Shown: positions 45,298-54,808, counted from the first letter of the stretch. The stretch is DNA of 63,609 bases from Litorilinea aerophila (GCA_945905745.1 CAMDQF010000001.1:1-63609), one strand, 5' to 3'. Program-made: numbers and translations. Notes: generated by a model from the sequence alone, not told the origin.

Positions 45298-46887
45298 TTA
45301 TACCTCCAGGGCGAAGAAGCCGCTGCCCGCATCCCGGAAGCGACGATTGCTGATCAATGCATAGAAAACTGGTCCGGGCGGGCAGCGCCAGAGCATATTG
45401 ACCGCGCTGTAGACGGTCTTGGCGTGGGCTGTTCCCTGGGGGCTAAGTTTGGTCAGTTCGGGCACAATCTGTTGTACCAGTTCGTCCACAGAGACACCGG
45501 CTTTTTCCATCCGCTGGCTCAGGATGTCCATCTGTTTGGCATCCTCTGCCGAGACGATCAGATAATCGTCATATTCGCAGGTGATCTGAATTTTGTTCAT
45601 CTCAAAGGTGATGCCGGTTGCATTCGATTCTACGGCAGCAAAGCGGCTCCACTCCCGCTTCATCCGCCGGGGGCGGAAATCGATCACGACTTCCCCCGCA
45701 TTGCGGGTACGCTCCAAAGTAATTTGCGCGCCCACCGGCAAGTTGTGTTCTTCCATCCACTCTGACAGCCCGCTCACATAGCGCCCGCCGTGGACTACCC
45801 AAGCGGTGAAGCGCTTGCCCCAACGCCCGTCGATGACTGTGACCATCGATCGCCCTTCCTTCCCCGCGGGGAAGAAACTGCGGGTGCGGCTGCTCAGAGG
45901 CAGGGTTCCGTGGCGGCGGTGGGGATAGATCAGCGTGAAGCTGGTGCTGGGCACAATCGACGGCACATCGCTGCCGATGCCGCTTTCACCCCATTCGTCG
46001 TCCAGCTCCCATTCGAGTTGTAGCAGTTCGACGCTGAGCAGGGCACGGTTGTAGCGAGACTGGTGGGGACGCAGCAGGGCGGGCGTCTCCAGGGCTTCTT
46101 GCGGTTCCAACCGTTTGAGATACCACAGATGGTCTGTTCCGTTGCCCACCCGATCAAAGCGGGCATCATTGCCCAGCGCGTGGTTGATGCTGATCACCTG
46201 CATAGGCTGGGAAATATCTGCGTTGACATCGATCTCTTTGAGAATTTCCTGGGCAGAGAGCGGACGGCCCTGCATTTCGATCATTGCTTCGGCAATATTC
46301 AGATGGCCCACGTGCACATCGGCCAACATATCAGACAAGAGCCAATAGGTGCCCACCTGTACAAATTCTTCGTGGCGTTCACCCTCTTCCAACGCATAAA
46401 GCAGGCTTTCGTTGATCTCGCTCCGATAGAGGGCATTGATTTCCTTGGCCGTGAGCAGGGCACTCTCTTCGACAATGCCCTGGCCTTTGCCGTTATTCAG
46501 ACGATGTGGGGTTTGCAGGCTTGCCGCAAACTCGCGCTTGCTGCCGTTCATCTGCACTTCGATCACAGAAAAATCACCATACTCCGGGTTCTCGCCGGGC
46601 CGGATGGCTGTGATCTCGCCCACAGAGAAATCCATCACAGGGAAAACCAGTGCTTGACCAATTTCATATGCCTTGTCTGGTTGATAGATTTTCCCCTTGG
46701 CGAGTTCGAATTCCATGCGGCTGGTCTCCCGCCGCTGATATTCTTCGATCACCCGCAGAGCCAATTGTTCGGACGTCAATGGCGAATCCGCGTCCAACAC
46801 GAGTTCGTGTACAAAATCCAGGTCTTCCTGAGTCAATTCAAACTGATCACGCCAGAACGCCGCGGTTTGGGTCTTTCGCTGCAACAC
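45298..46887 (-). CDS. hypothetical protein, about 529 aa
   Basis: Long ORF with coding-like composition. Start chosen at the GTG at 46887, preceded by GGAGG; the ORF track starts at a TTG at 46965. No family recognised with confidence. Confidence 0.6.
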   Translation of the reverse strand: MLQRKTQTAAFWRDQFELTQEDLDFVHELVLDADSPLTSEQLALRVIEEYQRRETSRMEFELAKGKIYQPDKAYEIGQALVFPVMDFSVGEITAIRPGENPEYGDFSVIEVQMNGSKREFAASLQTPHRLNNGKGQGIVEESALLTAKEINALYRSEINESLLYALEEGERHEEFVQVGTYWLLSDMLADVHVGHLNIAEAMIEMQGRPLSAQEILKEIDVNADISQPMQVISINHALGNDARFDRVGNGTDHLWYLKRLEPQEALETPALLRPHQSRYNRALLSVELLQLEWELDDEWGESGIGSDVPSIVPSTSFTLIYPHRRHGTLPLSSRTRSFFPAGKEGRSMVTVIDGRWGKRFTAWVVHGGRYVSGLSEWMEEHNLPVGAQITLERTRNAGEVVIDFRPRRMKREWSRFAAVESNATGITFEMNKIQITCEYDDYLIVSAEDAKQMDILSQRMEKAGVSVDELVQQIVPELTKLSPQGTAHAKTVYSAVNMLWRCPPGPVFYALISNRRFRDAGSGFFALEV

Positions 46888-47070
46888 ACGCCCCTCCTGC
46901 CTTCTCAAGCCATCAATAAATAGGTAAGCCGACGCAGATCGTACAGAGCAAAAAAGGAAAATCAATTCAAATCCGATGAATCTGCGTCTCCTTATCAGTG
47001 GTTCAACAACCTATTATAGCAGCCGTCAGGAAGAATTTCAAAAAGCATTGGAGGATTATCATTTCTGAAA

Positions 47071-47099
47071 TTGCAATCCCCTACTCTTTAGGCTAGGAT
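47071..47099 (+). promoter_or_regulatory. weak promoter candidate for glgC
   Basis: TTGCAA (47071-47076), 17-nt spacer, TAGGAT (47094-47099). Confidence 0.3.
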
Positions 47100-47151
47100 A
47101 TGCTTATCAAGTTGTCTCTCCATCCTCCTCGTGCGGAGAAAGAAGGTCGCC

Positions 47152-48405
47152 ATGACCACCGTTGCTATGATTCTGGCTGGCGGGGAAGGAACCCGGCTCA
47201 CCGTCCTGTCCGAAAAGCGGGCCAAACCAGCCGTCCCCTTTGCCGGGAAATTTCGCATCATTGACTTCACTCTCAGCAATTGTGTCAACAGCGGCATCTA
47301 CACCATCGGCGTGTTGACCCAATACCGTCCCCACAGCCTGAACGATCACATCGCCATCGGTAAGCCCTGGGATTTGGACCGGGCACGGGGTGGCGTGCGT
47401 CTGCTCCAGCCCTATCAAGGCCGGGGCAACCAGAACTGGTATGCGGGCACGGCAGATGCCATTCACCAGAACATGAATTTTGTCACCGAGCAGAACGCGG
47501 ATGAGGTGCTTATTCTCTCTGGTGATCACATCTACAAAATGGACTACCGCCCCATGCTGGCCTATCACAAGGAGAAAAACGCGGATCTGACGATTGCGGT
47601 CATGCCTGTGCCCATCGAAGAAGCCAGCCGCTTTGGGATAATGCAGGTGGCCGAGGACGGATCCATCACGCAATTTTATGAGAAACCCAAGGAAGATCGC
47701 GGTAATCTGGCTTCCATGGGCATTTATATTTTCAATGCCCGTATTCTGGAACAGCGGCTGAACGAAGCCAGCCCAGAAACGCCCCGGGAAGATTTCGGCA
47801 AGCACGTCATCCCGGCCATGCTTTCTGGCGGGGATCGGGTCTTCGCCTACCGCTTCGAGGGCTATTGGGTGGATGTGGGAACCATCGACTCCTATTGGGC
47901 CACCAATCTGGAACTGGTGCAGCCCCACCCGGCCCTGGACCTCTACAACGAGGAGTGGCCGCTCCACACAAAATCCGAAGAGCGCCCACCCGTCAAGATC
48001 GGCCCCCAGGCCAAAGTCGTGCAAAGTATGGTTTCCAACGGCTGTGTGGTGCGCGGGCTGGTGGAGAACAGCGTCCTCAGCCCTGGCGTCTACGTCAGCC
48101 CCGGCGCGGTGGTGCGCAACAGCATTGTCATGAACGACGCCTGGATCGGGCCGGGCGCGCTGATCGAAAAGTCGGTGGTGGACAAGCAGGTGATCGTCGG
48201 CGCCGGCGCGCAGATCGGTGTGGGCGACCCTGCGGTGGTCAACGAAAAGATGCCCGACCGCCTGGCCTTTGGAATAACCGTCATCGGCAAAGGCGCGGAG
48301 ATTCCCGACGGGGCCCGGGTGGGCACAAATGTACTCATCAACAGCGACCGCCGGGCCAAGGATTTTCCTGCCGACGGTGAAGTCAAGGATGGGCAGACGA
48401 TTTAA
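47152..48405 (+). CDS. glgC: glucose-1-phosphate adenylyltransferase
   Basis: [26 protein letters not shown] and [10 protein letters not shown] motifs. C-terminal left-handed beta-helix. GGAGAAAGAAGG RBS before the ATG at 47152. Confidence 0.9.
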   Translation: MTTVAMILAGGEGTRLTVLSEKRAKPAVPFAGKFRIIDFTLSNCVNSGIYTIGVLTQYRPHSLNDHIAIGKPWDLDRARGGVRLLQPYQGRGNQNWYAGTADAIHQNMNFVTEQNADEVLILSGDHIYKMDYRPMLAYHKEKNADLTIAVMPVPIEEASRFGIMQVAEDGSITQFYEKPKEDRGNLASMGIYIFNARILEQRLNEASPETPREDFGKHVIPAMLSGGDRVFAYRFEGYWVDVGTIDSYWATNLELVQPHPALDLYNEEWPLHTKSEERPPVKIGPQAKVVQSMVSNGCVVRGLVENSVLSPGVYVSPGAVVRNSIVMNDAWIGPGALIEKSVVDKQVIVGAGAQIGVGDPAVVNEKMPDRLAFGITVIGKGAEIPDGARVGTNVLINSDRRAKDFPADGEVKDGQTI

Positions 48406-48461
48406 GAGATCAAGAGATTAAGAGATTGCGCCGGATGAATCTCCCAATCTCCCAATCTCTC
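48404..48461. repeat. octamer arrays AAGAGAT(C/T) x3 facing AATCTC(C/T)C x3
   Basis: Located at 48404-48427 and 48438-48461. The array begins inside the glgC stop codon. The hairpin is imperfect, with about 6 of 8 nt pairing per unit. Confidence 0.7.
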
Positions 48462-48485
48462 TTTCCCCAAAGCGAGGTGTTTCCA

Positions 48486-49745
48486 ATGGCCCGTGCATTT
48501 GCAATGATTATGGCTGGCGGCGAAAGTCAAGACTTGAGCGTTCTCACCGAAATCCGCTCGGAGCCATCCGTACCCTTTGGCGGTAAGTTCCGCCTGATCG
48601 ATTTCCCCCTGAGCAACTGCGTCAACAGCGGCATCACAAATGTGGCTGTCTTGACCCAATACCGCCCCCGCAGCCTGAACGATCACATCGGCATCGGCAA
48701 GCCCTGGGATTTGGACCGAGCCAGCGGCGGCGTGCGTCTGCTCCAGCCCTATCAGGGCGGACCCTATGGGGATTGGCAGCGAGGTTCCGCCGACGCGGTG
48801 CGCCGCAACCTGGACTACGTGGCCCAGCAGCCCGAAGAATTTGTGCTGATCCTCTCTGGTCGTCACGTCTCGGTGATGGACTACCGCCCCCTGATCCAGC
48901 ACCACGCCCAGTCCGAGGCTGACCTGACCGTGGCCGTGCGCCGGGTCAACCAGCACGAGACCCACCGCTTCGGCATCGTCTCCACCGCCGGGGATGGGCG
49001 CATCATTGAGTTTCAGGAGAAGCCCCGCCGCTCCCCCCGCAACCTGGCCTCGATGGGCATTTACGTCTTTCGCCGGGACTTTTTGATCGAATTGCTGGCA
49101 GGCAGCAGCCACGTGGATTTTGGCAATCACATCCTGCCCGCGCTGCTGGCCGACAACCGCCGGGTCCAGAGCTACACCTTCCCCGGCTATTGGGCCGATA
49201 TCAGCACAGTCCAGTCCTATTGGGAGGCCAATATGAGTCTGATGGCCGAGGAGCCTGCCCTGGACCTCTACGATCCCCAATGGGTGATCCACACCCGCAG
49301 CGAAGAGCGCGCACCGGTGAAGTTGGGTCCGGCTGCGGATGTGGACGGAACCCTGCTCTCCAACGGCTGTCAGATCGACGGTACGGTGGAGCGCAGCGTG
49401 CTTTCGCCAGGCGTGCGGGTGGCCGAGGGGGCCATTGTGCGCGACAGTATTATTCTCAACGATACGGTCATCGGCCCGGGCGCAGTGGTGGACCGCTGTA
49501 TTGTGGACAAGCAGGTGGTCATCGAAGAGGGCAGCCAGGTGGGTCACGGGGACAACAATAAGCCCAATACTGCCTTGCCGGAGCGTCTGAACACGGGCAT
49601 TACGGTCATTGGTAAAGGCAGCCGTATCCCTGCCGGTATCTCCATCGGGCGCAACGTCGTCGTCCACCCTTTCAGCGGCGACGACGCCTTTGGCAAACGC
49701 AAAAGCATCCGCAGCGGCGGCGATGTGGGGAAGGATTTGAGATAG
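48486..49745 (+). CDS. glgD: GlgD-like, probably non-catalytic ADP-glucose pyrophosphorylase paralog
   Basis: Same fold as glgC, but GGEGTRL is GGESQDL, RAKPAV is RSEPSV and SGDH is SGRH. GAGGTG RBS before the ATG at 48486. Confidence 0.8.
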   Translation: MARAFAMIMAGGESQDLSVLTEIRSEPSVPFGGKFRLIDFPLSNCVNSGITNVAVLTQYRPRSLNDHIGIGKPWDLDRASGGVRLLQPYQGGPYGDWQRGSADAVRRNLDYVAQQPEEFVLILSGRHVSVMDYRPLIQHHAQSEADLTVAVRRVNQHETHRFGIVSTAGDGRIIEFQEKPRRSPRNLASMGIYVFRRDFLIELLAGSSHVDFGNHILPALLADNRRVQSYTFPGYWADISTVQSYWEANMSLMAEEPALDLYDPQWVIHTRSEERAPVKLGPAADVDGTLLSNGCQIDGTVERSVLSPGVRVAEGAIVRDSIILNDTVIGPGAVVDRCIVDKQVVIEEGSQVGHGDNNKPNTALPERLNTGITVIGKGSRIPAGISIGRNVVVHPFSGDDAFGKRKSIRSGGDVGKDLR

Positions 49746-49810
49746 GGGACTGGGGATTGGGGACTGGGGATCGGGAAATCCCAATCCCCAGTCTCCTATC
49801 CCCAGTCCCC
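49745..49810. terminator. long GGGGAYT-heptamer palindrome filling the convergent glgD/yciH spacer
   Basis: 32-nt arms at 49745-49776 and 49779-49810 with about 3 mismatches. The left arm starts at the last base of the glgD TAG. Confidence 0.75.
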
Positions 49811-49814
49811 GCCT

Positions 49815-50162
49815 TTATCCCCCTGCCTTTTTCGGCTTGTAACCCAGACCGGACAGCACTTCCACAATCCGATCCCGGTGGTCGCCCTGAATTTCCAGCA
49901 CACCCTCCTTGAGCGCACCGCCTGTGCCCAGCGCGTTTTTCAGATGTTTCAGCAGTGCCTCTTTGCCCACCGCCGGACTCATCACTCCCTCTACCAGCGA
50001 AACCGTCTTACCCTGACGGCCTTTGCGTTCCAACCGCACATAGACCGTCTGGTTGCCCTGAATGGCAAAAGGGGCTGCCGGGTTGCGGGGCATTTGTAGG
50101 GGGGCTGCTTTCGCTTCCGGCTCCGGGTCGGTGGAATAGGCCAGCCGTCGATTGTTGCTCAT
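49815..50162 (-). CDS. yciH: SUI1/eIF1-family translation initiation factor-like protein
   Basis: VYVRLERKGRQGKTVSLVEG...LKHLKNALGTGGALKEGVLEIQGDHR matches the YciH/SUI1 pattern. Start set at MSNNRR. Confidence 0.85.
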   Translation of the reverse strand: MSNNRRLAYSTDPEPEAKAAPLQMPRNPAAPFAIQGNQTVYVRLERKGRQGKTVSLVEGVMSPAVGKEALLKHLKNALGTGGALKEGVLEIQGDHRDRIVEVLSGLGYKPKKAGG

Positions 50163-50297
50163 TATCGTTTCCTCACCTTTCCCTGGCCGCGACCAGCGCA
50201 CCGGGCCTGCGTAGTGGTTGCGGATGGTGTTTGTTTACAAAAGAAGTACGGCTCTTCCTATCCACTCTCAAGCCTCATTCCCAATAGGAGATTCTCC

Positions 50298-50969
50298 ATG
50301 CGTCATACTATCTCTGGTGAAATTGCCCAATCGGTCCGTCTGGATTTTACACCCGGCGAGTTTGCCTGGTGCAGCAAAGGCGGGCTGATGGCCTACAGCC
50401 CCGGCCTGCAATGGAATCTACGGGTTCCCGGCGGACTAGGGGGAGCCGTGCGCCGCTCCCTCTCCGGAGAAGGAATCGCCCTCACCTATTTGCAAACCGA
50501 TCAACCGAACCAACACGCGCTGCTCTCGGCCAACGCGCCGGGTCATCTGGAGGTGTGGGACCTGGAAAACGACGGCCCTGTGACCACCACCCGCGGCTCC
50601 TTCCTCTGTGCCTGGGGAGACGAACTGGACATCTCTGTCACCGTTGCCCGCCGGGCCGGGGCTGCGCTCTTTGGTGGGGCCGGTCTCTTTTTGCAGACAG
50701 TCTCTGGCAAAGGCACAGTGCTGGTCCACGCCAGCGGTGACTTCTCCGAGCAGCGCCTGGCCGAAGGTGAGCAGATACTCGTCAGCACAGGCAACCTGGC
50801 GGCCTTTTCCTCTGGGGTGGACTACGACATTCAGGGCGTGGGCGGCTGTCGCAAAATCCTCTTCAGCGGCGAAGGTTTCTTTATGACCCGCCTGACCGGG
50901 CCGGGCCGTGTGCTGCTACAGACGCTCAAACGACAGTACGGCAACGCAGCAGCGTCGAGTACGGGATAA
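50298..50969 (+). CDS. AIM24 / TIGR00266-family protein
   Basis: AGGAG RBS before the ATG at 50298. C-terminal FSGEGFFMTRLTGPGRVLLQT is typical of the family. Confidence 0.8.
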   Translation: MRHTISGEIAQSVRLDFTPGEFAWCSKGGLMAYSPGLQWNLRVPGGLGGAVRRSLSGEGIALTYLQTDQPNQHALLSANAPGHLEVWDLENDGPVTTTRGSFLCAWGDELDISVTVARRAGAALFGGAGLFLQTVSGKGTVLVHASGDFSEQRLAEGEQILVSTGNLAAFSSGVDYDIQGVGGCRKILFSGEGFFMTRLTGPGRVLLQTLKRQYGNAAASSTG

Positions 50970-50972
50970 AAC

Positions 50973-51920
50973 TCAAAGTGACCAAATGTCGTGGGTCAAA
51001 AAGCGCTGAAAATTCTGGATTTCCCGATTCAAGCGATGATCGGAGACCATTTCGGGGCGTGGGTCCACGTAATAAACGCCATCCAGCCGGTTGAGGGCCA
51101 CTGTATAGCCCAAGAAGTGGTTGGTTTTGAAGGTCGAATTGATCCCAAAGATGCTATTGGCTCTTTGGGCGCGCTGAACGTCGTGCAGAAAGATGGCGAC
51201 GAATTTCACATCCCGTCCCAACAGCCTGCCCAACATAAACTTGTCCAGGAAAATTTTGTCGATCCGGTCTTTGCTGGTTGTCTTGACCGAACCGACAATC
51301 TCTCCCGGATGGAGCAATTGACTTTCAGAAGCCAGAATGACACTTTTTCGGGAAAATACCAAATCAAGCTCGTAGGCTATCGTCTGGTCAGGCGCATCGG
51401 GTATGGGCACTTGAATTGTGCGCGCCTCACAGCGAAAGCCGATCTCCTGCATACACAGCCGAACGAGGCTCTCAAACAGTTGACCGATCCGTTTGCGCGC
51501 CTGGTTGGGATTGTCGAAGGAATCGCCAATGCTCCCAATCGACTGCTGGGTCGTATAGATCACCCGATTCAACTCGCCGCTTTCTACATATTTTTGGACT
51601 GCTGGACTGCTGACTACAGAATTCCCCTTCAGTCGTAGGTCAGACAGAAATGAGACAAGCCGCTCAAATGCTTCGCTGAATCCCGCGGCAGATTCGATAA
51701 AGAGCGTGCTATTGAGTGGCCGGGTGATTTTGTGGCCGAACGCAGGGCCATATTGGAAGAAAATGTAACGGTGATCGTTCGGGGCAACGATACGGGTCGG
51801 CTGGCTTTCTTCCAGCATTTGCAGGAATGCGCTGCCGAGTGCGCGATAGTGTACGAGCGAGTCAAACGCGCTTGTATCCTGAACGCTTACCTGTAAATCT
51901 GTCAGCGACGGTTTTATCAT
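50973..51920 (-). CDS. probable type II restriction endonuclease (family not recognised)
   Basis: The ATG at 51920 overlaps the methyltransferase TGA (ATGA). A PD-(D/E)xK-like arrangement is possible (YELDLVF ... VGSVKTTSKD). Composition is AT-richer than the flanks. Confidence 0.5.
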   Translation of the reverse strand: MIKPSLTDLQVSVQDTSAFDSLVHYRALGSAFLQMLEESQPTRIVAPNDHRYIFFQYGPAFGHKITRPLNSTLFIESAAGFSEAFERLVSFLSDLRLKGNSVVSSPAVQKYVESGELNRVIYTTQQSIGSIGDSFDNPNQARKRIGQLFESLVRLCMQEIGFRCEARTIQVPIPDAPDQTIAYELDLVFSRKSVILASESQLLHPGEIVGSVKTTSKDRIDKIFLDKFMLGRLLGRDVKFVAIFLHDVQRAQRANSIFGINSTFKTNHFLGYTVALNRLDGVYYVDPRPEMVSDHRLNREIQNFQRFLTHDIWSL

Positions 51921-52921
51921 CGGATCGACCTTCGGCGCAAAGTGTTTTGCAGATCGAAATCGATCCATTTTTCCACAGGCCAGGCTGGCACTCTTTCAAT
52001 CCGTTGAATGGCCCAGCGACAATACTCCTGGGATAGATCGCATCCTTGCCAGCGCCGTTTTAGCTGCTCGGCTACAACGGCTGTCGTCCCGGAGCCGAGA
52101 AAGGGATCGACGATCAGATCGCCTTCGTTGGAGGAAGCAAGCACCAGTTTGCGAATCAATTCTTCGGGTTTTTGGGTGGGATGGGGCGTGGATTCGTGCA
52201 TTCCATTGCAAGTCGTGGGAATCTCAATCACATCCCGGGGCTTTGCGCCCAGCGGATGTGGTTTCCAGCTATCCCCGTTGCCCTTGCCATACTGGCTGGT
52301 TTCGGCTTGGGTGCGTTCTGGATATTTGGTGGTGTGATTGCCATAGGGGATGCGCACATCATCCACATTGAATGTGAACGACTTTCCTTTACGAAAGTGC
52401 AGGATGCTCTCGTGGGATCGCCCCCAATCGGCGCGCAGATTGGCTTTGTTCTTATAATGCCAGACAATCCAACGGCAACCGGGGAAAAATTCCAGCGCAG
52501 GCAGTTTGATATCGGCCAAAATCTCCGAAAAGCCGCAAACGTAGAGCGTACCTGTTGGCGTGAGGAGGCGGGATGCCTGTTCAATCCAGCGCACAGACCA
52601 GGCCACATACGCCTTTTGGGATTCAAAGGTGTCCCAATCGGCTTTACTGATGTTATAGGGCGGATCGGCCACAATCAGATCGACACTGGCATCGGGCAAG
52701 GATTGCATCCACGCCAGACTGTCTCCAACAAATATCTCCCCATTGGGATGGCGATAGAAAGGCTGGTAATTTTGCTCTCTATTGGCCGTGCGGGTGTCAA
52801 AAACCTGGCCCCGGGTCAATGCTTCGTCGTCAAACAAGAGTAGTTGGTCATCCCCATAAGAAACAACTGGCTCCCTCAACAACTCCGCCAGAATTTCATC
52901 GCTCTGATTCGTCTGCTCCAT
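51917..52921 (-). CDS. DNA methyltransferase, beta-class (N6-adenine or N4-cytosine)
   Basis: Motif IV IVADPPYN precedes motif I DPFLGSGTTAVVA. Confidence 0.9.
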   Translation of the reverse strand: MEQTNQSDEILAELLREPVVSYGDDQLLLFDDEALTRGQVFDTRTANREQNYQPFYRHPNGEIFVGDSLAWMQSLPDASVDLIVADPPYNISKADWDTFESQKAYVAWSVRWIEQASRLLTPTGTLYVCGFSEILADIKLPALEFFPGCRWIVWHYKNKANLRADWGRSHESILHFRKGKSFTFNVDDVRIPYGNHTTKYPERTQAETSQYGKGNGDSWKPHPLGAKPRDVIEIPTTCNGMHESTPHPTQKPEELIRKLVLASSNEGDLIVDPFLGSGTTAVVAEQLKRRWQGCDLSQEYCRWAIQRIERVPAWPVEKWIDFDLQNTLRRRSIR

Positions 52922-52935
52922 ACGATTCTTTCCTT

Positions 52936-54603
52936 CTACTCGGGCCGGGCCGGGGCCGCGTCAAAGATGCTGCGCAACAGCCCGGCCCGCTCTGTCTCTG
53001 TCGCCCAGCGGGGCTGGGCATAATCTTCTGACACAATCGTTAGAATCTCCGTGCCGATCACCCGGCCCCGATAGATAGTGTGGCGGGCGATCAGCCCCGT
53101 GCGAGTCTGCCAGCTCCACATCTGATCGAAGAAAAGATTGCCCAGGCCATAGACGATTGTGCCGGGGCGTTGGGAAGCGTCTGGCCCGTAGGTTTCAAAA
53201 GCCTGGGGCACATGGCTCTGCACGCCGGTCACAATATCCACGCCCTGCTCCCGCAATTCCCGAAACTCTGTCACCTGCTCGCCGGTGGGGTAGGGATTGT
53301 AGGTTTCCAGATATTGCAGCTCCACCGCGATGACATCCACCTCAGATCGCAATTTCTTGATTGTCTCGATAATCAACTCTTTGTGGTCATAATAGTAGCA
53401 CGCGCCGGGCAGGTCGTCGGTGACCCAGGCAAAGGAGGGGCCAAAGGCCAGGGCGGCGATAAAGGCAAAGCGGTTGCCGTTGTGTTCCCAGAGCAAGGGG
53501 GCGCAGGCTTCCTCCACATTCAGCCCGCTGCCGTAGATGGCAATGCCGTTTTCCCGATACCAGCCGATGGATTCCCGCGCGCCGTCCCGCCCGAAGTCGT
53601 TGACGTGATTACCGCTCAGCCCCACAATATCCGTGCCTATCGCTTCCAGCGCGGCCCAGTAAGTGGTGTCACTGCACATCGTCAGGTTGTCCTGGGAGGC
53701 ATTGACCACACAGCCCTCAATAAACGGCACTTCGTTGCTGATGTGGGTGATGTCCGCCGCGGAGAGGGTGGGCGAAATGACACGGGCCGGGTAGTCGTAG
53801 CCGTTGCGCTCCATTTTGGCCGCGGTGACCCGTGTCATCGCAGTCACGCCAGTCATAATGAGAGTCGTCAGATGCTCTGGGTCCCGGTTGCTGCTATCGG
53901 TGATATAGCCGGAGAGGGCCGCGGCCAATTCGCCGGCGTGAGGACCGGTCACAGCCACCGCCGCGGCCAGGCCGTAAGCAGTGGGGTTCAGTTGGTTGTC
54001 CAGCACACTGACCCCATCCACCGTCAGGACTTTGAAACGGGGATGCAGACGGTCGAAGGGCACAATCCCCACCGCGTCGGCGTCAGCTTCGACCTCTGCC
54101 AGAATGCCGTTTGTGGTGGTGACGATGACCGACTCAGCCATAGACACGCCCAGAATGGCGGTTAGCTCCGCTTCGTATTCGCGGGTAATGACCAACGGCC
54201 CTTCCCCGCCGCCCTGCCAGCGTGCGGCCAATTCATCCAAAGTGATCTCATCGTTGACTGTTTCAAAGGCCACCACCGGCGCGTAGAAACGGGTGTAGAT
54301 GGCCGCGCCGCCCACCGGAGAGAGGGGCATCAACCCAATCCTTACGTCCGCGTCACTGCCTCTGTCCAGCAGCAGCACTTTTTTCCGACCCTTGTCGGTT
54401 TCCAGGGATTTCACCCGGTAGACCAGCAGGGAAAGCAGCCGGTTGTAGTAGCGTTCGGGCAGTTCGGAATCGATGGCGACGGTCAGCCAATCCGATTGAT
54501 TCGTCTGGGGCGCGGGGGCTGCCAGCGCAGGCGTGCCCATTCTGGCGACGCTCAGGGTTAGCAGCAGGGCTGCCAGAAGAGCGACGGTCAGCCTGAGGTC
54601 CAT
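52936..54603 (-). CDS. CapA-family (PGA_cap metallophosphatase-like) protein with an N-terminal extension
   Basis: GLSGNHVNDFGRDG and related CapA blocks. Start set at the signal-peptide-like MDLRLTVALLAALLL. There is no clear RBS, so the start is uncertain. Confidence 0.75.
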   Translation of the reverse strand: MDLRLTVALLAALLLTLSVARMGTPALAAPAPQTNQSDWLTVAIDSELPERYYNRLLSLLVYRVKSLETDKGRKKVLLLDRGSDADVRIGLMPLSPVGGAAIYTRFYAPVVAFETVNDEITLDELAARWQGGGEGPLVITREYEAELTAILGVSMAESVIVTTTNGILAEVEADADAVGIVPFDRLHPRFKVLTVDGVSVLDNQLNPTAYGLAAAVAVTGPHAGELAAALSGYITDSSNRDPEHLTTLIMTGVTAMTRVTAAKMERNGYDYPARVISPTLSAADITHISNEVPFIEGCVVNASQDNLTMCSDTTYWAALEAIGTDIVGLSGNHVNDFGRDGARESIGWYRENGIAIYGSGLNVEEACAPLLWEHNGNRFAFIAALAFGPSFAWVTDDLPGACYYYDHKELIIETIKKLRSEVDVIAVELQYLETYNPYPTGEQVTEFRELREQGVDIVTGVQSHVPQAFETYGPDASQRPGTIVYGLGNLFFDQMWSWQTRTGLIARHTIYRGRVIGTEILTIVSEDYAQPRWATETERAGLLRSIFDAAPARPE

Positions 54604-54808
54604 ACGATGGGGCAGCAATTTCTGGCGATCTGCTCTATGCGCGCTGGGAATGCGGGAAAAAATTCGATGAAGGCAGGTCATGGGCGGTTCCATTTGTGCG
54701 GGACGGAGCGCTGGCGGAGAGTCAGCCCTCCGATGTTTGACAGGACCAAACTGCTGGAAGTATACGGCGAGGCGGGCCATTCTCAAAACTTCTCAGGGCC
54801 GCTTATCG

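Noticed and set aside
47107-49784. Long minus-strand ORFs (47107-48024 and 48402-49784) antisense to glgC and the glgD-like gene
   Set aside because: They are antisense shadow ORFs without motifs. The plus-strand frames carry unmistakable ADP-glucose pyrophosphorylase signatures and RBSs.
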